Positions 25,101-38,605 are shown, counted from the stretch's first letter. The stretch is 64,000 bases of DNA from Octopus sinensis (GCF_006345805.1 NC_043014.1:50220001-50284000); one strand, 5' to 3'. Notes: generated by a model not told the origin, from the letters alone. Translations and numbers: made by a program.

Positions 25101-25246
25101 CCTGAAGAGAATGGCCAGACACATTGGAATGCTGTCCTAGATATGATAAGGATGTACTTTCCCCATACAAGTACATACGCATGTGTGCGTGCGGTGCGGG
25201 GTGTGTGTGTGTGTGCGTGCGGTGCGGGGTGTGTGCGGTGCGGTGC

Positions 25247-25281
<35 letters not shown>

Positions 25282-25820
25282 AACAGTATGTGAGTGTGTT
25301 TCAAATTTACATTTCTAGTAAAGTGAGGATTTCAACATCATTAAGTACTGCAACTGATGACCTCGTTTCAACATAAACCAATCAATTGAAGTCTTTTCTG
25401 TAAAGCCCAGTAGTAAAGAAGATAATCCAAGAGGCATAGATCAGGATCCAACCTTACTATGGTTATGTGACATTCAACAGGTGCAAAAATTTTAACACGA
25501 AAGAGATGTGGTTCTTTAAATGAAGACCTGGGAAGTTGTATACTGATAGAGAAACTAACATTGAAGTCACTACGTGAGCAGAGGCCATGAGGCAGCTTCT
25601 TAGCAACCTAAGATAAGAGGCGAATCCTACTGGACACCATATTAAAAAAAGCTTGGTGACAACAGAGTAAACAAAAGAAGATAGTGAGGAGACAGAATAC
25701 TCAAAGGTCTTAACTGCTAAAGACAGACAAACCCAAAGTTTGCCAGTCGTTAGCTGTTTCTATAAGGTTGAGCAATGAGAGTTTATCATTATAACAATGA
25801 AATCAAGTGAAAACAATACA

Positions 25821-26180
25821 AACAAGAGTACTCGGAGAGTGCAAACCTCCGTCAAGGCAACACCAACGTCCTCTCAATGATTAGCTGGAGATGATTTTTA
25901 AAATGAGAATATCTGAAATAAACTCGACTGATCTCACAAACGAAAATACTAAAAATGAACCGGACCGCTCTCAAAAATTTAAGTAAAAAAATTTTTTAAA
26001 AATGGAAAAATAATCCAGAATCCTCGTCCAGTACCAGATCAGTCCCCAAATCTAATAAGTTTGTACCTGTCACAAAGCCAAACATCCTTGAATGTTTCAT
26101 CCGAATCCATCCAGCAGTTGTCTGTGGACAAACAAACATGACTGAAAACAACAACACTTTCGCTAAGGCAGAGATAACTA
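25821..26180. mobile_element. Probable non-autonomous Helentron/HINE-like element
   Basis: Starts aacaagag...cggag(N9)ctccg hairpin, core aatccagaatcc...ccaaatctaat...tttcatccgaatccatccag, ends aggcagagataa. The layout resembles my recollection of such elements; not verified. Confidence 0.45.
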
Positions 26181-26861
26181 GACAAAACATGAATTAGCTG
26201 TCAAGTACTTTTAACAGGCTTGAGGGTAAAATAGTTATTTAGATACAAAACTGCCAATTTAGCCAGCAAATATTTGGAATTTTTTTACTTTTTACAACAC
26301 AGACAGGACAAATTTCAACATAGAATATTACAAACCAAGAAGAAAAAAATACTTTATTTATTCAAATACATGCAAAAATAGTAATTTTGAAAGTTTTCTT
26401 AAGAAATACACTTTTCTCCAATTTTTCTTTTCTTTAACACCCACGCCTGTAACTCGTCTTTTAAGCTTTTGAGGAGTGTTTCAGATTAAGTCATAAAAAC
26501 TAGATATTTTTTATTAATTCAAAATATTTGGTGACAATAGCTTTTTTTTTTTCCCCTTTTTAAATGGCAAACTGGCATAATTATTAACACTTTAGACAAA
26601 ATGTTCAGCAGCATTTCTTCTGACCCATTTATGTTCAGAGTTCAAATCCTGCTGAGGTTAACTTTGTCTTTCAGGGTTGATGAAATGCCAGTCAAATACT
26701 AGGTTCAAGGAAATTGACTTATTCCCTCTTCTATTATTGCTAGCCTTGTAGCAAAATTTGAATCCTTTATTAGTGATTTGATGAGTTTGGTCAAGTACTG
26801 GCAAATATTTTTCCAACAAGAACAAGAAACAGTTTAGACTATGCTTCAGTGTTATACTGAC

Positions 26862-27008
26862 CTCCTCAGTAAATCATAATCCACTTTGTAATAGCTTTCA
26901 GCCATCAGTGTAAAGATATTCCCTTTAGCTCTTGTTCTTTTCAGAACAATTTGGTAAATCAATAGTCCCTCATGAAAAAATGCAAACCAGAGAACCTCAA
27001 CTTGGACA
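26862..27008 (-). CDS. Candidate 147-nt exon, VQVEVLWFAFFHEGLLIYQIVLKRTRAKGNIFTLMAESYYKVDYDLLR
   Basis: ctattttgcatctttag acceptor, AG|gtcagt donor, single open frame. Its phase does not directly join the 24357 candidate. Confidence 0.35.
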
Positions 27009-27339
27009 CTAAAGATGCAAAATAGCAGCAAAATCTGCCTCAAACTACATATCTTATGACACACACTGAACCCACTCTCATTCATTTGTACGTAAGTAAA
27101 CACACACACACACACACACACCTAGAGTGCATCATGAAAAGACAGGATGGTCAGAAAAAGAATGCCTGTGATCTTAGAGATCGTTGACTTGATCAGAGCT
27201 GACTAATGGATTTGGTTACTAAACCATGAAAGCTAGTTTCAACTATAATTGATTTAGCCATCAGACAAATATTCTACTAGTTACAAACAGACTGATTAAA
27301 TGCTACTGGTGTGTGTGTGTGTGTTAGTGTGTTTTAGAA

Positions 27340-28306
27340 TAAGCTGTGAGAATAAGATTCAGCTGGGCAAAGTTCAGAGAGCTCCTACCTCTGCTGGCAA
27401 CAAAGGGCCTCTCTCTGAGAGAAAGGCAGATTGTATGATGCCTGTATGCGAACAGCTATGCTACATGGCAGTGAAACATGGGCTGTGACAGTCATGGACA
27501 TGCGCAGGCTTGGAAGAAATGAAGCTAGTAGGTTTCGCTGGATGTGCAATGTCAGTGTGCATGTATGACAGAGTGTAATCATCTTGAGACAAAAGTTAGG
27601 CATAGGAGGCATCAGATGTGGTGTGCAAGAGAGATGACTTTGCTGGTATGGTCATGTAATGCATATGGATGAGGACGCTGTGTAAAGAAGTGCCAATCTT
27701 TAACAGTGGAGGGAACCTGTAGTACAGGTAGACCCAGGAAGCCATAGGACAAAATGGTCAAGCATGATCTTCGAATTCTGAGCCTCACAGGGGAAATGAT
27801 TAATGACCAAGACTTTTGGCGATATGCTGTGCTTGAGAAGAAGACCCATCAAGCCAAGTGAAATCGTAGTCATGGCTGATGCTGGTGTCACATAACTGGC
27901 ACCTATGCTGGTGGCACGTAAAGAGCACCTTTCAAGAGTTGGGCCTCAGAGACAAAGTGACCAAGTTGCTTTGAAGCATTGGGCCTCACAGAGGTAAAGT
28001 GGCTGAGTTCCTTTTGATTGTTGGGCCTCATTGAGGCAAAGTGACTGAGTCCCTTTGAGTGATGGGCCTCACGGAGGTAATGACCAAGACCTTTCGTGGC
28101 AGATACTGTTGTCATGCAAATGGTGCCTGTGCCAGTGGCACATAAAAGCACTCATTAGACTCTCAGAATGGTTGGCATTAGGAAGGGCATCCAGCCATAG
28201 AAAACCATGCCAAATCAGACTGGAGTCTGGTGCAGTCTTCCAGCTTACCAACCCTGGTCAAACCGTCCAACCCGTGCCAGCATGGACAATGGACATTAAA
28301 TGATGA
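27340..28306 (+). mobile_element. Decayed RTE LINE, ORF2 C-terminal part and 3' UTR
   Basis: Paralogous to 16730-17582, with the same motifs and tail. Confidence 0.88.
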
Positions 28307-30599
28307 TATTTATGTAAAACTAGTTTCATACTGCTAAATCAACGTTTTAAAATTTAGCAGTATTTTGAATTAATCCTGCATTATTTTGTCGCTTTTGAGA
28401 TTGCAATTAGGAAACTTAAATTTTAGAATGATATTGTAGGGTTTGTGTGAGGGGCCAGATCTAGACGGTTTGAACATAAAACAGGTAGAATATTTTGGCT
28501 GGATATGGCCTGTTTAAATTATGAACTATTAATAAATGATAGTGTCACAAAATAGCTGTTATATATGTCTGTGTAGTTAAGTTCTATTTACAACCACATA
28601 GTTCTGATTTCAAGTCAGTGCGCAAGTACCTTGGCAACTGCCTTTGGTCAAACAAAGCCTTTCCATTGAAATTTAGTGGACAGAAACAGTGTGCATGTGT
28701 GTGCATGCACAGTGAGGAAGTTGAACCAAAATAACAGGACATAACCAAAATACCTGATGAGTTTGATGATCGAAAACCACTATTTTTAGTCAATTATATA
28801 ATTGGCCCCAATACACTGGCATCTAGTTTTTGTTCTATCTCAGATATTTTCAGAAATAACCACAGTAAAAAAAAACAAAAAAACAGTAAAAGCAGTGTTC
28901 CAGAATAACAATGTTTCAGTCGTAGAAAGAGTAAAACACTAATTGTACTGATTGATTCACTTTGACTAGGCCAACCGAGATTTATTGTAGAGCCAAGTAA
29001 CACAATTCAATCGATCTTTCAACATATCATTAATAATACTCAACAGATTGAGTGCACAGTAATTTGAATTCAGAAGTGAATTGAGTTGGGACCAAATATT
29101 TAATGAAGAGAAACAACAAATGCAAATGTCAAACAATCAAAACTATAAAATAAAAGCAATTAATTAAATGAATGATTGTAAATGACTTGTGGAAATATAT
29201 TCAATTCAATTAGTTGTTATTGTTTAATCCCAGGCCAGGAATCCAACTGAACAGTTCACAACTGCAGCTCACGGGGCTACATTCAGCCCCTGATAATCTT
29301 CCCTCAATAAATATTTTTTTTTCTTTAATTGGCTTTGTTTTACTTTTTTTGGTGTGGCACCCTAAAAAAAAAAAATCCAAGTTTTGGATGTGGCCCAGAT
29401 ATTAAAAAGATTGAGAACCACTAAACTGAAGAAAGACAGACAGACCTATGACCTAAGCTATGACCATCTCCTCTCTTAAGGGAATAAGCCTATTCTGTGT
29501 GATCTTCCCTATTAAGAGTGATTTAAGAAGACATTTGGCTGCTATTTCCAAAAGTTTAAGTGATCACATAGTGGCTCCTTCATTTATTCAAATATTGAAA
29601 TTATAATAAAGGCAGATAAAATATAGGACAAGAGTGGGCAAGTTTTATCAAATAAGCAACTGAAATGAAGTTTAACTGAGACGTAATTCATTTTTAAAAT
29701 ATCTAGAATAAGACAATTTTGAACACGGAAAAATAATTTTTACAATAAAATAAGTTACTGCAATATAAATTTGATCAAAGCTCTATGATTGTCTTTATTT
29801 TATATCTGAAAAATATTGGAAACACTCAGTTTGAAGAAGTAGTTCAAACTGGTGGGAAAACAGTATGAGAGTGAGGGGGGGAAGGAAGGGGGAGTAGCAT
29901 TTATATGATGCGTAAAATTCCGTGAGAGTCTTTCTATGAAAATATTGAGGTTCAGCAGAGCATGTAGTCAACATTGGCAGTCTAGCTTGTGTTAAGGATT
30001 ATAAAATATAGCTAGCATCCCTGCTATTTGAACCTATTTCTTGCTTGTACGTAGTTCAAACAGAAATCCAAAGAACAGAATTAAATCTGTTGATGCAATC
30101 AACGAAATGCCATCCATTCATAAACAGAGCTTTATTCTCAAAACCAAAAAATGTAACATGAATCAAGCCATTATAGAATTTGAAGTTTTCTGAAAGAACA
30201 ATTTCACATGGAACATCATATTTCCAACACAAACTCAATTGTTGAAGTGGCAATTTCAATCTATAAAAACAATGTAAAAATCACTTTTTTTTTTTAACTA
30301 AAAGGCAAAATATTTAGAATTTTAACGAAGCCAATTAAAATATGAAATCGTAATAGAGTGCTCAATTTTAGATTTCATGAAATAAGCTACAATTTGAAGA
30401 CTCAAAACTACATTTGATTTATAAGGAAACAGATATTGGTTTTCATATCTGATTTCTGATCGATAACAAAATTTGAAGTTAGATGGAGTTTACAAAGCAT
30501 ATACTTTTAAAATGGTTGAATCCTCACTGCAAGTGAAATAGATAAAAAAAATTGGTCTATTTATTGGAGTAAATACCCCAGACAAACATAAAAAATAGT

Positions 30600-30760
30600 T
30601 TAAGAGCCAACCATTACAGAACGCAGACTAAAACTAGCAGATTACATCGTCCAACTACTAGAACAATGCCTCTCTAAAACAGCTTTCAAATGGACATAAA
30701 GAGAGGGAAGTAGAGAGGGAAATCAGAAACTACATGGTGCAGAACATACATAATACAAGA
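30600..30760 (+). mobile_element. Old RTE-like C-terminal fragment
   Basis: ITERRLKLADYIVQL...KTAFKW..EGSR resembles the RRLRW/GxRxRGRP region. Confidence 0.4.
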
Positions 30761-31944
30761 GAAGCCAATATCGCATGTCCAGATGTAGGGGAAAACTACA
30801 GCCATCAAAAAGCCTGTTGTGTCAACTTGGTGTCCAATGTGCTCAAGAGCACTGCAGGAACTGACACTGAATATAGCAATAGATGAAGTTAACTTTTTCC
30901 TTAAATATTGGTTTCAAATTTTGGTACAGGGCCAGCAATTTCAGGGGAGGGGGTCAAGTCGATTAAATCAACCCCAGTGCTTAACTGGTACTTATTTTAT
31001 CCTGAAAGGGATCAAAGGTAAAGTTCATGAGGAATATTTGAAGGATCAAATATGAATTGAGGATGAATGAAGCCAGCTCAATCCACCCAGGGTGAATGCT
31101 GTCTCAAGTCAAGTCAAAGGTAAAGTTGACCTCAGCAAAATTTGAACACACAACATAAAGACATAAAATGCCATTAAGTATTTTTCCCAGCGTGCTGACA
31201 ATTTAGAAAAAAATAAGACAGTAAATTTGCCTCATCCCACTGTAATTGCAACCACCAGGAATAAAATGGGCTTGTGTCAGTTGTTCCATTTCCTAGAAAT
31301 GGTAGCAATATCTTCAAATTACATCATAGTGTAATGTTCTAGTGAACTGTCTGAATAAAGGATGTGGGATGGTCATGGTTGGAATCCTTTAGATCATAAA
31401 TCTATATGATCAGAGTTGATTTAGGGCTCCATAACAGGAACAAGAACAAAACCAGCTGGCAGTAGCTTTTACTAGACTGAAGAAGTCGGCAATGATAAAA
31501 ATAAAAATGTATAATTAAAATACCAACTATATCCTATTTCTCATAATTTTTAAAACCTTTTCAGTATGTTTAAAGTTTTAACTATCTCCACTTTAGAAGA
31601 GATATGTAAACCAGTTCTAATACCTAACATGTTCTCACATCATCCTATAAAATTCACAGCTATGCGTTCTAAAGGTCTTCACTTAATTTACAAATATCAT
31701 TTCAACATGCTCGCACAAACCAACCAGGAAGTATCTATATAAATGCTTTTCTCACTTTCCCCACACCATCACCACAATTCATTCATTGCCATACGCTGGT
31801 GTTTTTAATTCAAGAAAATTAAATACACAACAAAATGCTGTTGCCTACAGATTACCATTAAAGAAAATATCCATCAATATATGGAATGTCAAAACAACAT
31901 TCAATCAACTAATATTACCAACAGATTAAAGCATTCACAATCAA

Positions 31945-32130
31945 CCTCATCATTACTTAACGTCTATTTTCCATGCTGGCATGGGTTAGACAGTCTGACA
32001 GGAGCTGGCAAGCCAGAGGACTGCACCAAACTCCAGCATCTGCTTTGGCAGGGTTTCTACAGCTGGATGCCCTTTTCCTAATACAACCACTAAACAGTGT
32101 TCCAGGTGCTTTTTACATGGCACTGGCAGA
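31945..32130 (-). mobile_element. RTE 3' tail fragment
   Basis: Contains ttaacgtctattttccatgctggcatggg...tttctacagctggatgccc. Confidence 0.7.
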
Positions 32131-32689
32131 ATAAAAATTGAAAATATTTTTGAAAATCAAGGTAATTTAACAAAGACTAAAAACACTACAAACGCATCTA
32201 TCATTCTTTGATCAATCCCTTTGACTTCAACAGTCAAAAAATGTTCTATGCCAGGTACAATGTTGTTTACCTGGTTAGAAATATAAATGGAATCTCTCAA
32301 ACACACTCAACTGTCCAAATTGTGGAAGGACTTATTGGTTAATTACACTGTCGAAAAAATTTTTTAAAGATGGAATGGTCATGACTGGAAGGTCCATTCC
32401 TAAGAAATGATATCTATTAGTGATGGTCATCAATAATTCAAATGTTTATAGCTACTTAACTGCCCGCATTTCAATCAACCAGGGGACTGGTATTTCACAG
32501 ATATTCTGATCAACTACTGAGAATCAAAAAATTAAAAGGAACCAAATACGCAAGAGTTTTGCATTTTTAAAGATTCTGACTTTCACTTGAAATATAACAG
32601 GTCCAAGGCCATAATCTTTCACTCCAAACAACTTGAAACAAGATGGTGAGTGTCAACTACTTCCCTCCCAACTTCATTTGTCCTTTCAC

Positions 32690-33040
32690 TCGTTTTAGTC
32701 ATTGAAGTGACCATGCTGGAGCACTATCTTCAAAGGTCTCAGTTGAAGAAAATGATCTCTGTACTTTTAAAACCTGGTACTTTATTCCATCAGTCCCTTT
32801 AACTAAATGCTTAGTTATAGGTCCACAAACAAATCAGCACTTGTCAAGCAGTGAGGGAGACAAAACACACACAAATATATATGCCGAGCTTCCACATAGT
32901 TTCCTTTCCATCCAGTAAATTCATTCACAAGCATTGGTCAACCCAGGCTGTAGTAGAAGCCACTTGCCCAAGGTGCCACACAATGGGATTGAACTGCAAA
33001 CCACATTTCTTAACTGCATAGCCATCCATTCCTGTGCCTA
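32690..33040 (-). mobile_element. SINE family A relic
   Basis: Contains gtcattg...ccatgctggagcac...cacttgcccaaggtgccacac; CpG-decayed. Confidence 0.65.
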
Positions 33041-34113
33041 TAACTTTATAAACCTTTGAAAATCTTTTTCTTTTTTTCTACTAATAAATAGTTAATCTTT
33101 AATATACATTTCATTATTCATGAAATCTCAACAATGTACAACTCGTTATCTACGTTTTTGTGACTAATCTGATTGCTACACATAAACTAAGTGAAGGAGC
33201 AGCACCCATGCCAAGTGGGGTGAAGCAGAGGGGTGAGAGCTACAACTTGTTAATTTTCAGACAAAACTCTGTTAAAGGAATCCAAAGTTGCTATTAAACT
33301 TGGAACCACTTTATTGCAAACTTCTTAGCCATACAACCTTTGTCTGTATTCAGTGTCATTAATTGGTTGACTCGACTTTGGCATCATTCAGGTAACCCAG
33401 TCAAATGCAATGCTTATTTATTCACATCGTTTTCAATTAAGCATGCATTATCTTGTAGCTTTGCAATTGTTATGTGAATAATTTTAGAATGACATTGTAG
33501 GATAGGTGTGAAAGACAGGATCTGGCTAGTCTGAACATGGGACTGGTAGAATATTTAGCCCAGATTAAAGTCAGTTTAAATGTTCAAGGCTTAACAACGA
33601 AAAGTCAATGATGACTACAGTGAAACGCTATTTTAGGCAATATGATTTAACACACACACAAATAAAAAGAGACCATGTTTGGATGTTTCTATACATTTTA
33701 CCAGTTAGTATACCTATCATTTTGCTATTACTATCTCTGCAAGTAATTATCAAGTCTAGGCAAGACCTCCTCAAATTTACTCCATACGTGACTTTTTTGG
33801 GAACACTACAGCAGGCTATATTAAGCACTATATTTATCTCAACCGCTCAAATCTACAAAAACTGGTGTTGCAACAATGGCCACACAAAAAGTACAATTTG
33901 CAATCAATGATATCGGGTTCAATCCCATTACACGGTATGTTAAACATTATGAATGAAGCTTGGTAGACAGAAACTGTGAAGATGCTGGTCAATGAACTAT
34001 AGAAGTAGGTGGTAGATTTAACCTGTGCTCAGTTGAACACCACCATCTAGCTTTAGGTTGCCATTAGCAAAGTACATTTTCCACTCTTTTGCAAATATCA
34101 AGGCCAGACTCAC

Positions 34114-34239
34114 TGGACTGAGACTAACTTGATATTTTAATGCGTTGCTTCTAAGTGTAGCAGTTCGTGATTCTTGCTTTCTTTCTCCCACCAAAAAGAT
34201 AATAGCCAGAGGAAAAGAAGCAGTGTCTGAGTGTTGTAG
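34114..34239 (-). CDS. Candidate 126-nt exon, LQHSDTASFPLAIIFLVGERKQESRTATLRSNALKYQVSLSP
   Basis: Consensus gtgagt donor and 42 open codons; acceptor cttgccattaag is moderate; phase 0 to 0. Confidence 0.45.
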
Positions 34240-34369
34240 CTTAATGGCAAGAATTGATTTTAAAGAAAGTTTATATTAACAAGCTGTAGGCCAGCTCTGA
34301 TCAAGCAGATCAATAATCATAAACGTTCTCTGGCCATGTCCCTGCTCTTTTTTCAACACTAAATCTCAG

Positions 34370-34730
34370 TGCAGGCATTGGCTGCAGGGTTAAAAAGTTT
34401 GCTTCCCAACCATGTGGTTTCGTGTTCAATCCAGCTGCGTGGCATCGGCTGACCCAAAGCCTCAGGAGTGGATTTGGTTAGATGGAAATTAAAAGAAGTA
34501 TGTTGTGTAGATATGTGGGTGTGTTGTGTCCCCTTGTCTTGACATTGCGTGACTGTTGCAAACGAGCTCAATCTTTTTTATAATCCTCCATGGAAAACAT
34601 GTCTGACTATGGGAAAATATTTACCTTGCTTAACAGGTGAGAGTTGGCAAAATGAAAGGCAATCAAGGTGCAGAACATCTGCGTCAACGTATTCCGTCTG
34701 ACTCACGCAAGCATGGAATAGAGTGCATTA
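34370..34730 (+). mobile_element. SINE family C
   Basis: Same head and body as 12420-12795. Confidence 0.7.
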
Positions 34731-34895
34731 AAAAATCGATATTTGGGATACTGCTGTGTACCTTTGAAGATAGTAGAATGTATCATTGAGGGAAATGTGA
34801 CTACTTTTTCTAGTAAGTCGAGCGATCATACAGATTCATCATTGTTAGTCGTTAAACTGTAAGATCAACCTAAACAGGCAGTATTAAGTTATATA

Positions 34896-35124
34896 TATTT
34901 CTTTACTACCCACAAGGGGCTAAACACAGAGGGGACAAACAAGGACAGACAAAGGGATTAAGTCGATTACATCAACCCCAGTGCGTAACTGGTACTTAAT
35001 TTATCGACCCCGAAAGGATGAAAGACAAAGTCGACCTCGGCGGAATTTGAACTCGGAACGTAACGACAGACGAAATACGGACGGCTACGCAATTCGCCCG
35101 GCGTGCTAACGTTTCTGCCAGCTC
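34896..35124 (-). mobile_element. SINE family B, young copy
   Basis: Near-identical to 2292-2520. Confidence 0.92.
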
Positions 35125-35129
35125 AAGGG

Positions 35130-35600
35130 AGACAGGTTATGTGGACGCTTGATCTGCCAGAAATAGCAGCTCAGTTCACGCCGTCCCGTAAAAAGGAAAC
35201 AACAAAACACTCATACAAAACTTAGGTAATACAGTCAGTCCGTATCTGGTACAGCGACTTTAAAAAAAAAAACTAGGACAACCGCATTTTTTTTATACGA
35301 GACTTTTCAAAAGCAGGGAAAACATGTCAAGAGAATGTATACTGTTGTTTTGTTCACCTTGTTTAAAGTAAGTTTATAACAATGGAGGCGGTGACACATG
35401 TATTGTGCAATAGAAACAGGTATGGGAACCAAGTTGAGAAACTCCTCTCCTTCCTACCTTTCTCAGTCATAATTTCACAACACCTCGCAACGAATGTACT
35501 AATTTTTTTTCCTTTTTTAGCTTATAAACGCAAATGAATTTTAGTGATTTTAGCGACCACAAAGTAGATGAAATATTGATCTTACACGCTGGTTATATAC
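35130..35600. promoter_or_regulatory. Candidate promoter/5' region of the minus-strand gene
   Basis: Unique sequence where CpG dinucleotides reappear, next to the most upstream candidate exon. No specific element identified. Confidence 0.25.
35358..35399 (-). CDS. Candidate first coding exon, MCHRLHCYKLTLNK
   Basis: ATG at 35399, AAG|gtgaac donor; phase 0 joins 34239. Confidence 0.3.
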
Positions 35601-36713
35601 GAATATCAATAGGACATTGAGACTAGAAAGAAGAAAAACACAACTATAAAACCCCTTTATCACCACCACCACCACTCCCAAGTTGATAGGGATCAATTCG
35701 TTTCAATAGGATCAATATTTCAACTTCAGGCAATAACTTACATCTTGTTGTCAATTAATTGATTAGTTTGTTAGCCCAGGGCAATCCAGTTGTACTAAAA
35801 ACGATAATAGCATTAATAATCGTTTGACACAAAGCTTGACATTTTGTGGGGAGCGATTTTAGTTGGTTATATCGATCCCAGTGCTGAACTTGGTACCTGT
35901 TCTGTCGACCCCAAGATGATGAAGGGCAAAATCGACCACGGTAGCATTTGAATTCAAAACGTTCTAATTGCGTGTAAACACTTTTGTATATCCTATACAA
36001 ATAAAATCTATCTTAACAAGATGACTAAAGTTTATTATATGTAAAACTTACGTGGTCATGGCTATTTTATTATTTATTTCTTTTCACATACCAAGATTGC
36101 GTCACCAACTGACACCGATTTATTGAAAACTGGCGTAAATTTAGAAGTGGAAGTACACAGATAGCTAAAATAAGTAAAACTATGACCTATTATATTTTCA
36201 GTTACAGAACTACAGCCATGCTGGAGCACCGCATTGAGGGGTTTAATCGAACAAATCGACTCCAAGATTTATTTATACATTTTTTTTAAAGTCTGTTATT
36301 CCATCGGTTCTTCAACCGAACCGTTAAGTTATGGGGACGTTAACAAACTAATATCGAATGTCAAAGCCGTGGGGGGGTGGTCACCATATTATACACACAC
36401 AACTGGTTTCTACTACTTCCAGCCATTAATTCACTTGCAAGGGATTGGTCAGTCCGAGGTTATATTAGAAGGCACTTGCCCACCCAAAGTGCACTGAATC
36501 CAAAAACATGCCAGAAGAGATAAAAGTAAAATATCTGAACGATTCATTTAGTCATAGACTAAAAGGGGGGGGAGCGGAAGGGGCAATGAAAGCCGTTAAA
36601 AAATCCACCTCGAGTTCACTGCAGACTAAACAGCACCATCACATTCTCTTCCAGTTCCACGGCCCAAAAACCAATATGAAGAAATGATCACGCAGCCTAA
36701 AGTCTTGAAAAAA

Positions 36714-37110
36714 GAGTGGCTGTGTGGTAAGTAGCTTGCTAACCAACCACATGGTTCCGGGTTCAGTCCCACTGCGTGGCATCTTGGGCAAGTGTCTCCT
36801 GCTATAGCCCCGGGCCGACCAATGCCTTGTGAGTGGATTTGGTAGACGGAAACTGAAAGAAGCCTGTCGTATATATGTATATATATATATATGGATGTGT
36901 GTGTGTGTGTTTGTGTGTCTGTGTTTGTCCCCCTAGCATTGCTTGACAACCGATACTGGTGTGTTTACGTTCCCATCACTTAGCGGTTCGGCAAGAGACC
37001 GATAGAATAAGTACTGGGCTTACAAAGAATAAGTCCCGGGGTTGATTTGCTCGACTAAAGGCGGTGTTCTAGCATGGCCGCAGTCAAATGACAAACAAGT
37101 AAAAGAGTAA
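36714..37110 (+). mobile_element. SINE family A
   Basis: Reads gagtggctgtgtggtaagtagcttgc...ggttcagtccc...caagtaaaagagtaa. Confidence 0.92.
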
Positions 37111-37662
37111 ACCAGAGGGGGAAAAAGTCTCCCGCAACTGAGACAGGATCAAAAAGACAAAACCAAGTTCGTTCAAATCAGATCTTAGCACTTAACAAAA
37201 GAGAGAAAAAGAGATTGTAGTCCTATGTGTATTGTGCCAATAAAAAAAGATGTATCATGGCTGTAGTGTTTCACATGATATGGCTTGAGGCTACACAAGT
37301 CTTCTGGTACTATCCAATCCAACACTACATTTGATGAGAGGCAGTTGTGGTTTAAAACAAAAACAGAATTAAAAAAAAAAAAAACCCAGATCACATTTCT
37401 CCTTTACTATAAACACCAACATCCCTTCCTGGCGTCAAACTGCCAAAGCTAGCAGCCAAATTTCTAAAATAACGGACACACTGGATTAATGTGGTAGTCA
37501 CAAATAAATAGGGCTATGTCTCAAAATAAAGGCGGAATAGCCACAGCTGGAATATCTTTGTAGGTCAGCGCGGTTTTCCTGAGAGATATAGGGTTTAACC
37601 TGATCTGCCAGACAGACTGAGGAATTCTTGAAAAGTCTATGAAAACTGTTCTTCCTCATATG

Positions 37663-37696
<34 letters not shown>

Positions 37697-37799
37697 TATA
37701 TCCTTATATATTTTGTAAAATGGTTTGTTTAACTGTTGTTAAAGTCACTTGATGCTTTCCTAGTAAATTTATATTTACAAGGTGTCTGAAGATCTTCAT

Positions 37800-38605
37800 T
37801 AAATAGTAAGAAACCTGTCCAGGACTGAGAAATTCAATTTTGCTTTCCTAAATAAGAGGAGAGTCATCAATATATTAAAATATTTGATTTGGGAAATATT
37901 GAGAGAGAGAAAAGGGGAGAATTTCTGGAGACATGAAAGAGGGGGAAGAAGAAAAAAGGGAGAGAGAGAGAGATAACGAGAATGGTGGGAGGAGATATTT
38001 GTGTGTGTGTGTGTACTGTTGTTTACAAGTGAGGGGAAGGGAGAGTAAGGTATGAAGGTAGTAGCAGAAGAATAAAGCAGAAAATGAGAGGGGGGAAAGA
38101 GGGGTAGGTAGAGAGAATGCCAATTAGGGGAGGAGGTGTGAGGTACGTTGACAAAGGAAGGAGAGTTGAAGGGAGGAGGCAGCATTGGAAATAAAGAAAC
38201 AGTGGCAGGAGAAGTGGGAGGCTAGAAAGAAAGAGAATAAAGATAAACGTAAACAAAATAAACAAAACCCAAGCACGAGAGAGAGAGAGAGAGAAACAGA
38301 GAGAGGGAGGGAGAGGTTTAGTAGTAGGAACAGGAGGAGGTAAAGAAAGAGGCCCAGTAGCAGGTGAAGAAAAACAAAGGAGTAAAGTGAGAGAAGGAGG
38401 GGGAGGAGGGAGAGTGGGGGGGGGAAATTAACAAAAGCTGTGGAAGAAGGAGGGAGGGGAGAGGTATGAGTGAGTGAGTGAAGGGGAGGTAAGGTGAGGA
38501 AAGAGATTTTAGAAGGAAGGTAGCAATGGAGGTAGCACTGGAACAAGCAGAAGCGAAAGTAGTGGCAGTAGGAGGAGGAGGAGGAAGGGGAGGAGGAGGC
38601 AAGTG
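37800..38605. repeat. Purine-rich (GA/GGA) low-complexity tract
   Basis: Strong G+A strand bias with short (GA)n and (GGA)n runs. Confidence 0.85.

Noticed and set aside
33608-33910. 100-aa plus-strand ORF in unique sequence
   Set aside because: It has no recognisable motif or splice context and lies antisense to the gene model.
36714-36790. tRNA-like A/B boxes
   Set aside because: This is a SINE head: there is no complete cloverleaf and it continues into the SINE body.
37799-38602. Leu/Pro/Ser-rich minus-strand ORFs
   Set aside because: They are by-products of a purine-rich low-complexity tract.
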